A DNA stretch of 64,000 bases from a virus (lineage: Duplodnaviria > Caudoviricetes): positions 1 to 64,000 of the IMG/VR virus record IMGVR_UViG_3300016672_000090; one strand, given 5' to 3'. Position numbers and translations under genes: made by a program. Positions 28,540 through 38,236 of this stretch are shown piece after piece. Position 1 is the stretch's first letter. Every line of letters begins with the position of its first letter. The notes beneath the pieces were generated by a model. That model had not been told where the DNA came from. It was given only the letters and a program-made list of their open reading frames with translations, and did not search any database.

Positions 28540-29046
28540 TTATTGCTTTGTCTTCTCCTGGTCCGTCACAGGCCCACTCTTTTTAGGCCGAAGCGCCGCT
28601 ATTACTTGCTGGTATAGCACTTTCGAAACACCTCGCTGACCGCTTGGCGAATCCATGATTTGGGCGATCTTCTTTTTGCTGCGCCCTGCCCATTCTGGAT
28701 CCAGGTCGTACTTGGCCAGCTTGCGAACCAAACGAGTGCCCCGCGCCAATGATGCGCGCAACTCACGCTCAGGTAGCGGCTGATCGAAGTAGCCAAACGG
28801 GACGCCGATCACGTATTCCAAGCGCCTAGCCAGCTTTTCGGTAATCCCCGCCCGGCCATTACACGCCACGCTGACCTGATTCGACAAAATGTGCAGCTCC
28901 TTCTCTGGCAGGTGCCGGAACAGATCGAGACGCACCCCCTCGGCTTTAAGGTCGACGTACAAATAAAACCGTCGCTGCCTTTCCTGATAGCTGGCTTGCA
29001 CGGCCTCTTCGTCAGTGCACGCCCCCTCAAACACTTCCAAATTCAT
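28540..29046 (-). CDS. Putative Cro/CI-like DNA-binding protein
   Basis: ITEKLARRLEYVIGVPFGYFD resembles repressor HTH tails; divergent from the ssb operon. Confidence 0.5.
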   Translation of the reverse strand: MNLEVFEGACTDEEAVQASYQERQRRFYLYVDLKAEGVRLDLFRHLPEKELHILSNQVSVACNGRAGITEKLARRLEYVIGVPFGYFDQPLPERELRASLARGTRLVRKLAKYDLDPEWAGRSKKKIAQIMDSPSGQRGVSKVLYQQVIAALRPKKSGPVTDQEKTKQ

Positions 29047-29202
29047 TGTCGCTACAGCCTTAATTCTGTTGGGTATGTACAGATACTAAACCATGAATAC
29101 ATAAAAGCGCTGTTTTAAATGCTTATAACCCATTATCGTATGTCCAGAGCGGTGGGTTTTTCGTACCATCCGTGTATAGGGATTGTTAAGGAGAGGTCTT
29201 TT

Positions 29203-29739
29203 ATGGCTCGCGGAGTCAACAAAGTGATACTGGTTGGTACGTGCGGGCAAGACCCAGAGGTCCGCTACCTACCCAACGGAAATGCAGTCACCAATCTGAG
29301 CCTGGCAACCAGCGAGCAGTGGACCGATAAGCAGACCGGCCAGAAAGTTGAGAAGACGGAATGGCACCGGGTAAGCATGTTCGGCAAGGTTGCTGAAATC
29401 GCCGGTGAGTACCTGCGTAAGGGCTCTCAGGTCTATATCGAGGGCAAGCTACAAACCCGCGAGTGGGAGAAGGACGGTATCAAGCGCTACACCACTGAAA
29501 TCGTCGTGGATATGCAAGGCACCATGCAGCTGCTGGGGGGCCGTCCACAGGGCGAACAGCAATCCCAGCAACAACAGCGGCCAGAACGCCAACCGCCAGC
29601 GCAGCGCCAGCAACAGCCGCAACAGCAACAGCAGAATCAGCAGCGCGCAGCAGGCCATCAAGGCGGTGCAGGGCCTGACTTTGACTCGTTCGACGACAAC
29701 ATACCATTTGCCCCTGTGCACCACCTGCAAGGCGCCTAA
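29203..29739 (+). CDS. ssb: Single-stranded DNA-binding protein
   Basis: [12 protein letters not shown]...TEWHRV...[19 protein letters not shown]; Q-rich linker; DDNIPF followed by a 9 aa extension. Confidence 0.97.
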   Translation: MARGVNKVILVGTCGQDPEVRYLPNGNAVTNLSLATSEQWTDKQTGQKVEKTEWHRVSMFGKVAEIAGEYLRKGSQVYIEGKLQTREWEKDGIKRYTTEIVVDMQGTMQLLGGRPQGEQQSQQQQRPERQPPAQRQQQPQQQQQNQQRAAGHQGGAGPDFDSFDDNIPFAPVHHLQGA

Positions 29740-29789
29740 CTCAACGTGGGCCACCTGGCCCGCGCTTACCTTTACATCTAAGGACACTC

Positions 29790-30710
29790 ATGTTTTTCAA
29801 GAATCTGCTGGTCTACCGCCTCACCCAGCCTCTAACCGTTGATGCTGCGGCGCTGCAATTAGCGCTGGCTACCAAACCGGCTCGCGAGCCTGGCTCTCAA
29901 GAGCTGGGCACCTACGGGTTTATCGCGCCCTATGGCAAAGGTGAAGAGGCGCCGCTGGTATACGAGAGCAATGGCTACCTGCTGATTGCTACCCGCAAGG
30001 CTAACCGTCAGTTGCCTGGATCTGTGGTGCGTGAAGCTGTGGCTGCCAAGGTCGAAGTAATCGAGGCCGAGCAGATGCGCAAGGTCTACAAAAAAGAGCG
30101 CGACCAGATCAAGGACGAAATCATTCAGGCGCTTTTGCCGCATGCCTTTGTGCGCAACTCCCGCACCTTCGCCGCAATTGACCTCAAAGCGGGGTTGATT
30201 CTCGTCAATACGTCCAGCGCGAATACCGCCGAGGACTTGCTGTCGACCCTGCGCGAGGTTATCGGCACGCTGCCAGTGCGCCCGCTGGCAGTAAAGGTTG
30301 CCCCGAGCGCCAGCATGACGGACTGGGTAAAAACTGAGAAAGCACCGGAAGGCTTCTTTCTGCTCGACAGCGCTCAACTACGCGATACCCACGAGGACGG
30401 CGGGACCATCATCGCGCGCGGGCAGGATCTGACCAGCGACGAAATCAAGCTGCACCTGAGCACGGGGAAGGTCATCACCCAGCTGTCCATGGCCTACCAG
30501 GACAAGCTGTCATTTGTGCTCAACGACAAGCTGACTATCAGCCGCCTGCGCTTTGAAAGCGTCTTGACCGATCAGGCGAACGCGGATGGGGGAGATGAGG
30601 CGGACGGCCAGTTTGCATCGAGCTTTGTGCTGATGATGCTGACCCTGCATGCGTTCTTTGGCGGGCTGGTTGACGCGCTGGGAGGCGAGGAAGTCCCTCA
30701 ATCGATTTAA
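29790..30710 (+). CDS. rdgC: Recombination-associated protein RdgC
   Basis: [11 protein letters not shown]...LPGSVV...[11 protein letters not shown]...LLP.AF. Confidence 0.95.
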   Translation: MFFKNLLVYRLTQPLTVDAAALQLALATKPAREPGSQELGTYGFIAPYGKGEEAPLVYESNGYLLIATRKANRQLPGSVVREAVAAKVEVIEAEQMRKVYKKERDQIKDEIIQALLPHAFVRNSRTFAAIDLKAGLILVNTSSANTAEDLLSTLREVIGTLPVRPLAVKVAPSASMTDWVKTEKAPEGFFLLDSAQLRDTHEDGGTIIARGQDLTSDEIKLHLSTGKVITQLSMAYQDKLSFVLNDKLTISRLRFESVLTDQANADGGDEADGQFASSFVLMMLTLHAFFGGLVDALGGEEVPQSI

Positions 30711-30726
30711 CCCAAACAGTAGACGA

Positions 30727-30765
30727 AAAAAAGCCACGCAGGCCCTAGAGCTTGCGCGGCTTTTT
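30727..30765 (+). terminator. Terminator-like hairpin after rdgC
   Basis: aaaaagccacgcag...cttgcgcggcttttt. Confidence 0.55.
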
Positions 30766-30839
30766 CCCACTTTAATCGCCAGAGAAAAGTGGCCGCATTA
30801 TTCAGCGTCCGCACTCGATAAGCAAGGAACCTACCCGCC

Positions 30840-31103
30840 ATGCGCTTAGTGTTTAACGGTAAACACACCGTAACCCAAGGCAAAGCTCCTAAAAAGCGCC
30901 TCAAGTGGACTGGTACAGTCACGGTTAGCGGTCCAACAGGCGCTGCCATTGAGGTGCCATGGCAAACCCATAACGGCCAACCACTCACCTATGCCGAAGC
31001 CAAAGATGCCATTTGGCGGGCCTGCCGCAAGTCCGAAGAGGCCTATTTTGAGGCCTACAACAGCCAAGCGGATCACGTCACCTTCATGCTCGAATGCCGA
31101 TGA
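30840..31103 (+). CDS. Hypothetical protein
   Basis: 87 aa with SD aagga. Confidence 0.6.
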   Translation: MRLVFNGKHTVTQGKAPKKRLKWTGTVTVSGPTGAAIEVPWQTHNGQPLTYAEAKDAIWRACRKSEEAYFEAYNSQADHVTFMLECR

Positions 31104-31597
31104 ACTACTTAACCCGCGCTAATGATGGAAGTACCGATTTTTCATTAAAAAAAATGGTTTTTTCGACTGAAATTAGCGCCAAAGTTCAAAGCGGGGCGGC
31201 GAGCCTGGTTATCGTCCCTGTTGATCCTCAGCCGGTAATTAACCATCAGGAACTTGCCGCTGTAGGCCTGAGTATCGACGATGCGCCGGCCCTGATGCGC
31301 GCTGTCCGGATCGCTTTTCAAGTCGGGCTTATCGGGCGTGAAATCGTACCGATCCAAAATGGCCACGCTTTCGAACTGCTGCAAGAGCTGCCACTGCAAA
31401 AGCTGGCGCGATTCGGTACCGGGCGCGTCAAAAGCATAGGCATAACCCGCTTTGCCGATATTTGCATGCACGATTTGATAGCGTGCGGTTATACGACCTT
31501 GGTTGAATTCCAAAGCTACTGGGCAAGCTGCCTTCCAAATACGCCAGCAGAAACCAACCCGTGGTGCTGGCTAATTCACTTTGAATTCAAGGGGTAA
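31094..31597 (+). CDS. ASCH/PUA-like phage protein
   Basis: PVDPQP ... ITRFADI...D..A.G ... F..YW ... NPWCWLIHFE. Confidence 0.6.
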   Translation: MPMNYLTRANDGSTDFSLKKMVFSTEISAKVQSGAASLVIVPVDPQPVINHQELAAVGLSIDDAPALMRAVRIAFQVGLIGREIVPIQNGHAFELLQELPLQKLARFGTGRVKSIGITRFADICMHDLIACGYTTLVEFQSYWASCLPNTPAETNPWCWLIHFEFKG

Positions 31598-31600
31598 CAT

Positions 31601-31930
31601 ATGCTTTCAATTGCCATATTCGCTCTGTGCATTGCACTGACGTTTGTATACCGGGCGCTCAACCCTGTTCTTCATCAAGAGCCCAAGCTGGCTAAGCGTT
31701 TCCGCGTTGGTGTCGGCGCCATCATCATGGGTTTGAGCGTGACTGTAGGCTACCTATTCCCTGTCGAGATTGGCCGAGCGCTGAATCACCAGCAGCAGTA
31801 CCAATCTCAGCTCCAGAGTGAAAAAACTGAACGCCGAATGGCATCAGAACAGAGGCACGCCGCCCGCATGATTGAGATTTTTGGCAGTTCTGAAAAATAC
31901 TTAGCATACATTTCAGGCCAAAAACGCTAA
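31601..31930 (+). CDS. Membrane protein
   Basis: Two hydrophobic helices and a coiled-coil tail. Confidence 0.6.
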   Translation: MLSIAIFALCIALTFVYRALNPVLHQEPKLAKRFRVGVGAIIMGLSVTVGYLFPVEIGRALNHQQQYQSQLQSEKTERRMASEQRHAARMIEIFGSSEKYLAYISGQKR

Positions 31931-32021
31931 AAAACGCCTTTCTGAAACGACCGTTTATCTGAAACGCCCCCTCCCCTCGACATAACCGCACCGCCCTGCA
32001 CGTCGACCTTTGAAGGTCGTA

Positions 32022-32160
32022 TGTGGGGACGAGTGTGGGTTTGATCACACCTCAAAACCTCAAAACGCCAGCCCGCCTAGGGTTTACGGCTGTCTGATCG
32101 GGGATACCATATCCCCAGTACTTCCGGCACTATCCGCGCCGTTTTGAGTCCTACACCCAA
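32022..32160. other. Candidate attP region
   Basis: Tandem TGTGGG at 32022 and 32034 (arm-site-like), a hairpin, and TTCCGGCACTA resembling a tRNA 3' end, upstream of the integrase. Confidence 0.3.
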
Positions 32161-32261
32161 CCAAATTTCAAACTGTCTAGCTCCAAAAGGCCGTGTCTTT
32201 CTCTAAATAAGCACTTTTACGGCCTCAATTTACAAATCGCGCATAAAAGGTAATACACAAT

Positions 32262-33470
32262 ATGGCTCTCACTCAGAAGGCTGTTCAGAACATCACTGTC
32301 CCTGCTACATACCAAGATAAGAATGGCTTAGCGTTACGAGTAACAAAGACCGGCTCTAAATCCTGGATCTTTCGATACCAGAAAGATGGGCGCCGTCACG
32401 ATGCGGGACTGGGATCGTTCCCGCTCGTGTCGCTGGCGGATGCTCGCGCCGCCTGCTTAGAAATGCGGGTTCAAATCAACAGCGGAATTGATCCGCTGAT
32501 TGAAAAACACCAGAAAACTAAGCAAACAATTACGTTTCAAGATGAAGCTCTTGAAAGGATTGAACGCTACAAACACGACTGGTCGGCAAAGCACGCAGCG
32601 CAGTGGTTCAGCTCGCTACGCGACCATGTATTCCCAAAAATTGGCTTGATGCCGGTAAGCGAAGTAGATACTGACGCGGTTATGTCAGTACTAGAGCCTA
32701 TTTGGCGTGAATTGCCAGAGTCGGCCAGGCGTGTACGGAACCGCATAGAGCTGGTGCTCGACTTCGCAAAGACACGCGGTCACCGCACCGGGGATAACCC
32801 GGCCCGCTGGCGTGGACATCTGCAAAACATCCTGTCGAGGACAACGCCAGAAACGACACACCTTGAATCTATGCCCTACTCGCGGCTGCCAGGATTTATG
32901 GAGAAATTGGAGGGTGATATCACTCGCCCTGCACGATGCCTACAATTCGTAATATTGACAGCTTGTCGTAGCGGCGAAGCAATGGGTGCTGAATGGGATG
33001 AAATCGACTTTGAAACCAAGACGTGGAACATCCCTGCCGAACGCATGAAAAACCGGCTGCCCCATCAGATCCCTTTGAGTGATGCGGCAATGAATATCCT
33101 AAAGGATGTTCATACACGGGGGAAAAGCCACCTCATTTTCCCGAACCGCACGCTTAAAGGAATCATGGCAAACAACTCACTGCGGCGCGTCCTGATCCGC
33201 TATGGGGAAACTGCTACTCCCCACGGTTTTCGTACCACATTCCGCATGTGGGCGGCTGAGAAAACTAAGTTCCCTGATGAGCTTTGTGAAGTGGCCCTAT
33301 CGCACTCGGTGGGCAATGCTACTACTCGGGCATACAACCGTGGGAACCTGCTAGAGCGCCGGCGTCCAATGATGGAACGTTGGGCAAAGTTCGCTATGGA
33401 GCGTGCTACTCCGCCGAAACGAATTGAAAAGCATAAATCTCCTGACAATCCGAAGGGCACTCATGAATAA
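32262..33470 (+). CDS. P4-like tyrosine integrase with arm-binding domain
   Basis: GLALRVTKTGSKSWIFRY...GLGSFPLVSLADAR; catalytic R (TACRSGE), H..R (HGFR), H (LSH) and Y (RAYNRG) intact. Confidence 0.95.
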   Translation: MALTQKAVQNITVPATYQDKNGLALRVTKTGSKSWIFRYQKDGRRHDAGLGSFPLVSLADARAACLEMRVQINSGIDPLIEKHQKTKQTITFQDEALERIERYKHDWSAKHAAQWFSSLRDHVFPKIGLMPVSEVDTDAVMSVLEPIWRELPESARRVRNRIELVLDFAKTRGHRTGDNPARWRGHLQNILSRTTPETTHLESMPYSRLPGFMEKLEGDITRPARCLQFVILTACRSGEAMGAEWDEIDFETKTWNIPAERMKNRLPHQIPLSDAAMNILKDVHTRGKSHLIFPNRTLKGIMANNSLRRVLIRYGETATPHGFRTTFRMWAAEKTKFPDELCEVALSHSVGNATTRAYNRGNLLERRRPMMERWAKFAMERATPPKRIEKHKSPDNPKGTHE

Positions 33471-33544
33471 AAAAGGCCGGAGGTTTTAATCTCCGACCTC
33501 TATTTTTTACCTACATTTCAGGTAGGGAAAATTAGCATGGGTGC

Positions 33545-33808
33545 TCATTGGCAGGCTGTAACCGCTGCCAGTAGCTTGATTTCGTAGGCTTGATGCTGGA
33601 GACGCTCAGCCAGTAAGGCCCGCACCTTTACCTCAAGAGGGTCAGTCTTTTTCAAGATGTCGGTTGCGAAGGCAGGCACCTCAACGCTTTTCGTTCGGCA
33701 TGGGACCAGTACCGGTACTTCGACGCGAACGGTACGGACTTCGGGTGGTTGTACGGCGCATCCCGCCAGGGCCAGCAAGGCCAGCCCACCAAAAAGTTGA
33801 GCTTTCAT
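33545..33808 (-). CDS. o-spanin (Rz1-like lipoprotein)
   Basis: Lipobox LAGC; Pro-rich PPEVRTVRVEVPV.VPC. Confidence 0.8.
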   Translation of the reverse strand: MKAQLFGGLALLALAGCAVQPPEVRTVRVEVPVLVPCRTKSVEVPAFATDILKKTDPLEVKVRALLAERLQHQAYEIKLLAAVTACQ

Positions 33809-34164
33809 AGACCAAGCTCCAGGTCAATTACAGTCGTGGCCGCTGCACACTCGTCGCCACCGATCCGCTCAGTCAGTACGCGGATTGCATTGCTTTCATA
33901 GGGCTGGGCCTTAGTGCTGGCTTCTTCCTGTGCCTTTTTTGCGGCTTGCTCGCGGGCATCACCCTGGCGCCTCAGCTCGCCTAGCTGTTGGCCCTGCTCT
34001 GTGGTCAGAGCTACACAGCTGTCACGCTCGCCTGTGACTGTGGCGAGGCTCCTATTTGCAGTATCGAGTTGAGGCCGGTAGTTACTATTAGACAGCCACA
34101 TTCCGCCGCCGGCGCCAATGAGCAATAGAAGGACCGCTACCAGAATGTTATCCGTGAGGCTCAT
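33805..34164 (-). CDS. i-spanin (Rz-like)
   Basis: N-terminal transmembrane helix plus coiled coil; adjacent to the o-spanin. Confidence 0.75.
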   Translation of the reverse strand: MSLTDNILVAVLLLLIGAGGGMWLSNSNYRPQLDTANRSLATVTGERDSCVALTTEQGQQLGELRRQGDAREQAAKKAQEEASTKAQPYESNAIRVLTERIGGDECAAATTVIDLELGL

Positions 34165-34511
34165 AGGCATTCTTCCTTCCAGCACGGTAGATCAACCGTC
34201 TGACCGGCCAGCGCATGTGTACAGTCCCCTAGGAACTGGATGCGCCCACCAGTCACGAACGAATGACAGACCTTCTTTACGTCCTTGGAAGCGTCATCAA
34301 ACTCACTCGGTTTGTCACTCGGCTCACTCCATGTCACCAGCACCGAGGGGGTGAAGGTAGGCTTATCAGCATCCCCATCCCAGCCCCATCGTGGTCCGGC
34401 GCCAGGCCCGTGATTTATACCGTGGACAGTGGCACAGCCAGGGCACTCAAAAAACAGACTCCCCTCTGAGCCAGTGGCCAGGACTCGGGATAACCGGCGC
34501 CAGCCGCTCAC
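34161..34511 (-). CDS. DUF6527-like Cys/His protein
   Basis: CPGC...H...W.WDG...PTFTPSVL...CHSFV..G.IQFL.DCTH.LAGQTV. Confidence 0.75.
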   Translation of the reverse strand: MSGWRRLSRVLATGSEGSLFFECPGCATVHGINHGPGAGPRWGWDGDADKPTFTPSVLVTWSEPSDKPSEFDDASKDVKKVCHSFVTGGRIQFLGDCTHALAGQTVDLPCWKEECL

Positions 34512-34951
34512 GGCACGTCCTTGAAAAAGACATGGTGACCGAGTTTAAGCGTCTGCTTTGCCTTCGCCGCCCAAGCTGGTGGCTTCGGCATGGTGGTCGC
34601 GTAGTAGTGGGTCGCGCCATTGGTTGGGTCGGGGATTGAACCATTCACCACTGAGGTGGCCACCGCCAGCGCCTTCTTGTACTCGCCAGCCGGGATAGGC
34701 TTCGCACCGCGTAAAAAAGGGGAATTTGGATCGTTGGAATTCCAGCAGCTGAACTGCCAAGGCTTTTGGCAGACGCCTGCATAGCCTTCACCCCACCATG
34801 ACTTGACCTTGCCATCGAACACGCGGTTACGGATGGTCCAGGCGCACGCTTCCATTCCGGCCTGGCTCTCGCCACGGGCCTCGCCCCAAAGTGTGCGGGC
34901 AAGAATATCGATGTCCGCCGCGCTGGCTGAACTTTTCAGATTAGGCTGCAT
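34508..34951 (-). CDS. Cell wall hydrolase (SleB/Hydrolase_2), probable endolysin
   Basis: LARTLWGEARGE...RNR...QFSCWN...DPTNGATHYY...LGHHVF. Confidence 0.9.
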   Translation of the reverse strand: MQPNLKSSASAADIDILARTLWGEARGESQAGMEACAWTIRNRVFDGKVKSWWGEGYAGVCQKPWQFSCWNSNDPNSPFLRGAKPIPAGEYKKALAVATSVVNGSIPDPTNGATHYYATTMPKPPAWAAKAKQTLKLGHHVFFKDVP

Positions 34952-35195
34952 CGGGTTCTTCCCCTTGGATGGTCTTGCTGAGGTAGTGAAGGCCGAGGTT
35001 TGCGGCCTTGGCGACGGCGGAAAGTACCCCGTAGATAACGGGATCAAAAGGCGGGTTGTCGCTATACAGAGCCATAATCCCAACAAGCGAATCGAGCAGC
35101 AGGCCCACAGCGACGATTTTTGTGTTGTGCGGCTTTAACTTCTTGCGCAGTAAGTCTTTGAGGGCAGCCGGCGCTGAGGCCTTATTTGCGCTCAT
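34941..35195 (-). CDS. Putative holin
   Basis: 84 aa with two hydrophobic segments, directly upstream of the endolysin. Confidence 0.6.
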   Translation of the reverse strand: MSANKASAPAALKDLLRKKLKPHNTKIVAVGLLLDSLVGIMALYSDNPPFDPVIYGVLSAVAKAANLGLHYLSKTIQGEEPDAA

Positions 35196-35508
35196 TGGTA
35201 CGATCCTTTTCGAGCTGCTCTACCTTGAATTCAAGGCGCGAAGTTCGCTTCTCTCCAGATGCCTGCTGGAGTCGGAGTTCGCCCGTATTTACCTCAAGCT
35301 GGCGGACATCACGCTGCACAAGGGCCATATCTCGCGAGCTTTGGTTCACTGTGTTTTGGATATTGTCGAGCTTTGTCGTGATGCTACTGCCAATACCAAT
35401 CAGCAATGCCCCCGCTGCCGTCTGAATCAATCCAAGCCCCAGCTTGGCCAGCGGCGTATCCATAAATCGCTGTGCATCAGCGGCCATATCGTTGCCCCAT
35501 AAACCCAT
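35182..35508 (-). CDS. Membrane-anchored coiled-coil protein (holin/antiholin-like)
   Basis: N-terminal transmembrane segment plus coiled coil; first gene of the lysis cassette. Confidence 0.55.
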   Translation of the reverse strand: MGLWGNDMAADAQRFMDTPLAKLGLGLIQTAAGALLIGIGSSITTKLDNIQNTVNQSSRDMALVQRDVRQLEVNTGELRLQQASGEKRTSRLEFKVEQLEKDRTNERK

Positions 35509-35522
35509 GGTTATTTCCCGAT

Positions 35523-35563
35523 ATTGTCTATGGCTATGCGCCAGCCTTCCGTGGCTGGTTTGC
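35523..35563 (-). promoter_or_regulatory. Late promoter motif (lysis)
   Basis: GCAAACC-N28-GACAAT. Confidence 0.75.
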
Positions 35564-35568
35564 GCGGT

Positions 35569-35817
35569 TCAGACGCCTTTCTTGGCGATGATTTGCGCCA
35601 CGTTGCCCAGTGATTTAATGATCGCGTCCAGGCGGTTAAGCTCGGCTTGGACCACCTTGTTTTCGTTTTCTCGCCCGCTCTTCCAGTTGCTGAAAGGCTT
35701 GCTTTCGAACAGCTTGCTTACACGGCTACCGGTGAGTTTCCCGGCCTGTGCCAAGTCCTGCCCGAAGTACAGCGCCAGCTCAGCACGAACAGCGTTATAC
35801 GACTCCCATAACTGCAC
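35569..35817 (-). CDS. Morphogenesis-region small protein
   Basis: Coupled to the upstream tail-region gene. Confidence 0.55.
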   Translation of the reverse strand: MQLWESYNAVRAELALYFGQDLAQAGKLTGSRVSKLFESKPFSNWKSGRENENKVVQAELNRLDAIIKSLGNVAQIIAKKGV

Positions 35818-36559
35818 GCGCCCCGATGCTGATGCAGGAACGGGAAGGAAAAATGGCCGGTGCTAACTCTGGCTCCCCCTCTGCGCGCACGGAAACAGGG
35901 TGGGCCACAACGCCGTGGACGCAGGTAACTGCATGCACCAGGTGCGCGCCGCTATCACGGACGCTTTCATAGGCATGGAACAGCTTTACGAACTCGGACG
36001 CGGGCAGCTTGCGGTGGTTGGCAATGCGCTTCACAAGCCACGCCTCATAACTGGCATCGTCGACGTAGGGCTCTGGCTCTTCATTAGCGCCACGCACGCA
36101 CGCCGCTATGGTTGCGCACCACCAGCTAAAATCGGTCGGCTTGTAGGTTCCGCCAGCGATCAAGGTTTCGATGATTTCAGCCTGATAGCCCAGCAGCGGC
36201 GTATACAGCGCATCGTTACCATCAAAACTGAATGGTATGTCGCCCACGTAATCGTGGTCCTGAGCATTGATCAGGAAGTCGCTAAAGTTCCCACCGCCCA
36301 CGGGGAAGTCCGGGCCGTCATCACGGGTGGCTGCCATGTAGTTGGCCACCACATAAATTCGCTCATTGATCGACCAGAAGCGTGGATCAGCTACTGCATT
36401 GGGACGATCCACCGGCTTACAGACTCGGCGCAGCAGCTCGCTGACCGTGCGCTGCTCGTAGACAGCCGGGATTTCGCACAGCTTCTCCACGTCCTCAATG
36501 AGCATTTCGGACATTTCAACCGATATACGGCGTGTATTTATGGGGTTGATGTACTTCAT
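35795..36559 (-). CDS. Tail/baseplate-region protein (possible assembly chaperone)
   Basis: ATG 36559 coupled to the upstream stop; position in the tail operon. Confidence 0.6.
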   Translation of the reverse strand: MKYINPINTRRISVEMSEMLIEDVEKLCEIPAVYEQRTVSELLRRVCKPVDRPNAVADPRFWSINERIYVVANYMAATRDDGPDFPVGGGNFSDFLINAQDHDYVGDIPFSFDGNDALYTPLLGYQAEIIETLIAGGTYKPTDFSWWCATIAACVRGANEEPEPYVDDASYEAWLVKRIANHRKLPASEFVKLFHAYESVRDSGAHLVHAVTCVHGVVAHPVSVRAEGEPELAPAIFPSRSCISIGARAVMGVV

Positions 36560-37263
36560 AGCGTTCCAAAGGAGTCGTATTGGGTGAATGACAGGTTGAG
36601 TGCGGCGAACTCGTCTGTACTGCGCGAAAGATTGACCTCGCACGACACGGGCAGCAGCACCCAGCTTTTGGAATAACCCCGGCCTTCCTCTACGGCGCCA
36701 TGGGTCACTGTGATGGTGTTGGCGTATTCAGACGGCAAGCCAAAGGTGCCGTCTGGATGCGCTGCAAGCATGGCCAGTCGGTCAAACCAAGTTTTGATTT
36801 CCCCGCCCACGTCGTAGCAGACGATGCGCAGCTCTATCGGGTCGGCCCCCGTAGGGGCTTGAGTGAAGCCCGAACCAATTTTTACCGGTTCATACCCAAG
36901 CTGGACGCTGTTAAAAGACACCTCTGTAGCCAGCAGATTGACGCGGGGAGCCGACAACTTGCCCACCGGATCGACGCCGATATGCCATAGATTCGTGCGC
37001 TCACGCCGGACGCTGGATGCCTCTTCGTACATTTGGAGCTGCTTGGCCCAAGACACCCCAGCCAGGATTGTGTTTCCGCCTTCGGAAAACACACTTGTGC
37101 GACCAAAAATTGTATCGAGCAGGCTATTGGCCGCACCGCTCAGATCGCCGTTCAGCAGGTTGCGCGCTGCGGTTGTGTACTTGAGTACTTGGGTGCTCAA
37201 GCCCAGCTTGGGCGTTATGGACTCAATGCCCTGATACGCCAGCCGCTCAAAGATGTTGGCCAT
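36556..37263 (-). CDS. Tail tube-like/baseplate protein
   Basis: Beta-rich; HPDGTFGLPSEY and PVSCEVNLS pattern of tube-initiator proteins. Confidence 0.6.
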   Translation of the reverse strand: MANIFERLAYQGIESITPKLGLSTQVLKYTTAARNLLNGDLSGAANSLLDTIFGRTSVFSEGGNTILAGVSWAKQLQMYEEASSVRRERTNLWHIGVDPVGKLSAPRVNLLATEVSFNSVQLGYEPVKIGSGFTQAPTGADPIELRIVCYDVGGEIKTWFDRLAMLAAHPDGTFGLPSEYANTITVTHGAVEEGRGYSKSWVLLPVSCEVNLSRSTDEFAALNLSFTQYDSFGTL

Positions 37264-37667
37264 TAAATCGACCTCACTTCGTACACAAATGTCAGCTGAG
37301 GCAAGCGCAGCTCATAGTCCAAAATCGATTGAACGACCTCGGACACGGTTCTGCCATAAAGCTCAGCGCCCTGGCTTCGGGAGGCCTCCAGCGCCGTAGA
37401 GTTCTCTTTCTCGATGTACAGGAGCCACAAGGGGCGGATGATCGCCAGTTCGCTGTGCGTCAGCTCCACATCGATGGGTGCCGGCAAGGTGTCAGCGGTA
37501 TACAGATCGCTGTGCACGGTATCGAGTGACTGCGAACTGGTCAGCCGGGCATATCCACAGTATTGGCGCACCGCATCGCGCAGATTGCGGCCTATCTGCT
37601 CTTCCGTCAGCACACAGCCAATCGGCAGCTCAGCAATGTACTGTTCAACTAATTGGCTGACTTTCAT
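37263..37667 (-). CDS. Virion morphogenesis protein (head-tail connector-like)
   Basis: Position in the tail operon; helical pattern. Confidence 0.5.
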   Translation of the reverse strand: MKVSQLVEQYIAELPIGCVLTEEQIGRNLRDAVRQYCGYARLTSSQSLDTVHSDLYTADTLPAPIDVELTHSELAIIRPLWLLYIEKENSTALEASRSQGAELYGRTVSEVVQSILDYELRLPQLTFVYEVRSI

Positions 37668-37669
37668 GG

Positions 37670-38143
37670 TTACTGGTTCGCAAACCAGTGGAACGTCATG
37701 GTGCCGGCCAGGATGAATACCTGCATATCGTTTTCCCAGTCACGATCTGGTGTATCCATCACCAAGATGCACTTTTTCAAGTCCTCTTTTTTGGTGTAGT
37801 CATCAGGGCGCCCGGCGTAGACGGTAGCGTTGAACTCGCCACCCTGAGCGATGATCTGCTTTAGGAACTCGCCAGCTTTGTTCTTGCGGGTTTCGTTGAT
37901 TTGAATCGGGCCTTCCTGCATGGTCTTGTTTTGGGCAGCCTGGCCCATTTTTTGGCCAAGTGGCCCCCAATGCTCAATCACACCGCCCGCGGTTGCTACC
38001 GGCCAAGGGAATTGCTTGCACAGCAGCATCATGTCTTCAAAGCCTTCGATCACCATGGTGGCGTCGGCCTGGACTGCCTTAGCGCCCATGTCGTTGACGT
38101 TTTGAAACGTGCGGCTCAATACCGACATACTGGAAACGGTCAT
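37670..38143 (-). CDS. Tail tube protein, P1 Tub/BplB-like
   Basis: GAKAVQADATMVIEGFEDMMLLC...WGPLGQK...QINET aligns by eye with P1 GERLVSSEF...GHEDISVLV...YGPNGVK...QCVET. Confidence 0.75.
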   Translation of the reverse strand: MTVSSMSVLSRTFQNVNDMGAKAVQADATMVIEGFEDMMLLCKQFPWPVATAGGVIEHWGPLGQKMGQAAQNKTMQEGPIQINETRKNKAGEFLKQIIAQGGEFNATVYAGRPDDYTKKEDLKKCILVMDTPDRDWENDMQVFILAGTMTFHWFANQ

Positions 38144-38178
38144 AAATCACCCTTTGTAAAATTGGTTCACTCCGGGCA

Positions 38179-38219
38179 ATCGTCACATGTAAAAAACCCC
38201 GCCAAATGACAGGGTTTGC
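38179..38219 (-). promoter_or_regulatory. Late promoter motif (tail tube operon)
   Basis: GCAAACC-N28-GACGAT. Confidence 0.75.
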
Positions 38220-38236
38220 AGGGTTTTTCTGGGAAG

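Noticed and set aside
28130-28540. P1-type immI (C4 antisense RNA/icd/ant) upstream of the rep gene
   Set aside because: No C4-like sequence or antirepressor ORF recognised; only a terminator-like stem and a short inverted repeat
29066-29082. Second LexA box (CTGT...ACAG)
   Set aside because: Spacer is 9 nt, not 8
29560-29650. CAG/CAA-rich repeat in ssb
   Set aside because: Ordinary Gln-rich SSB linker
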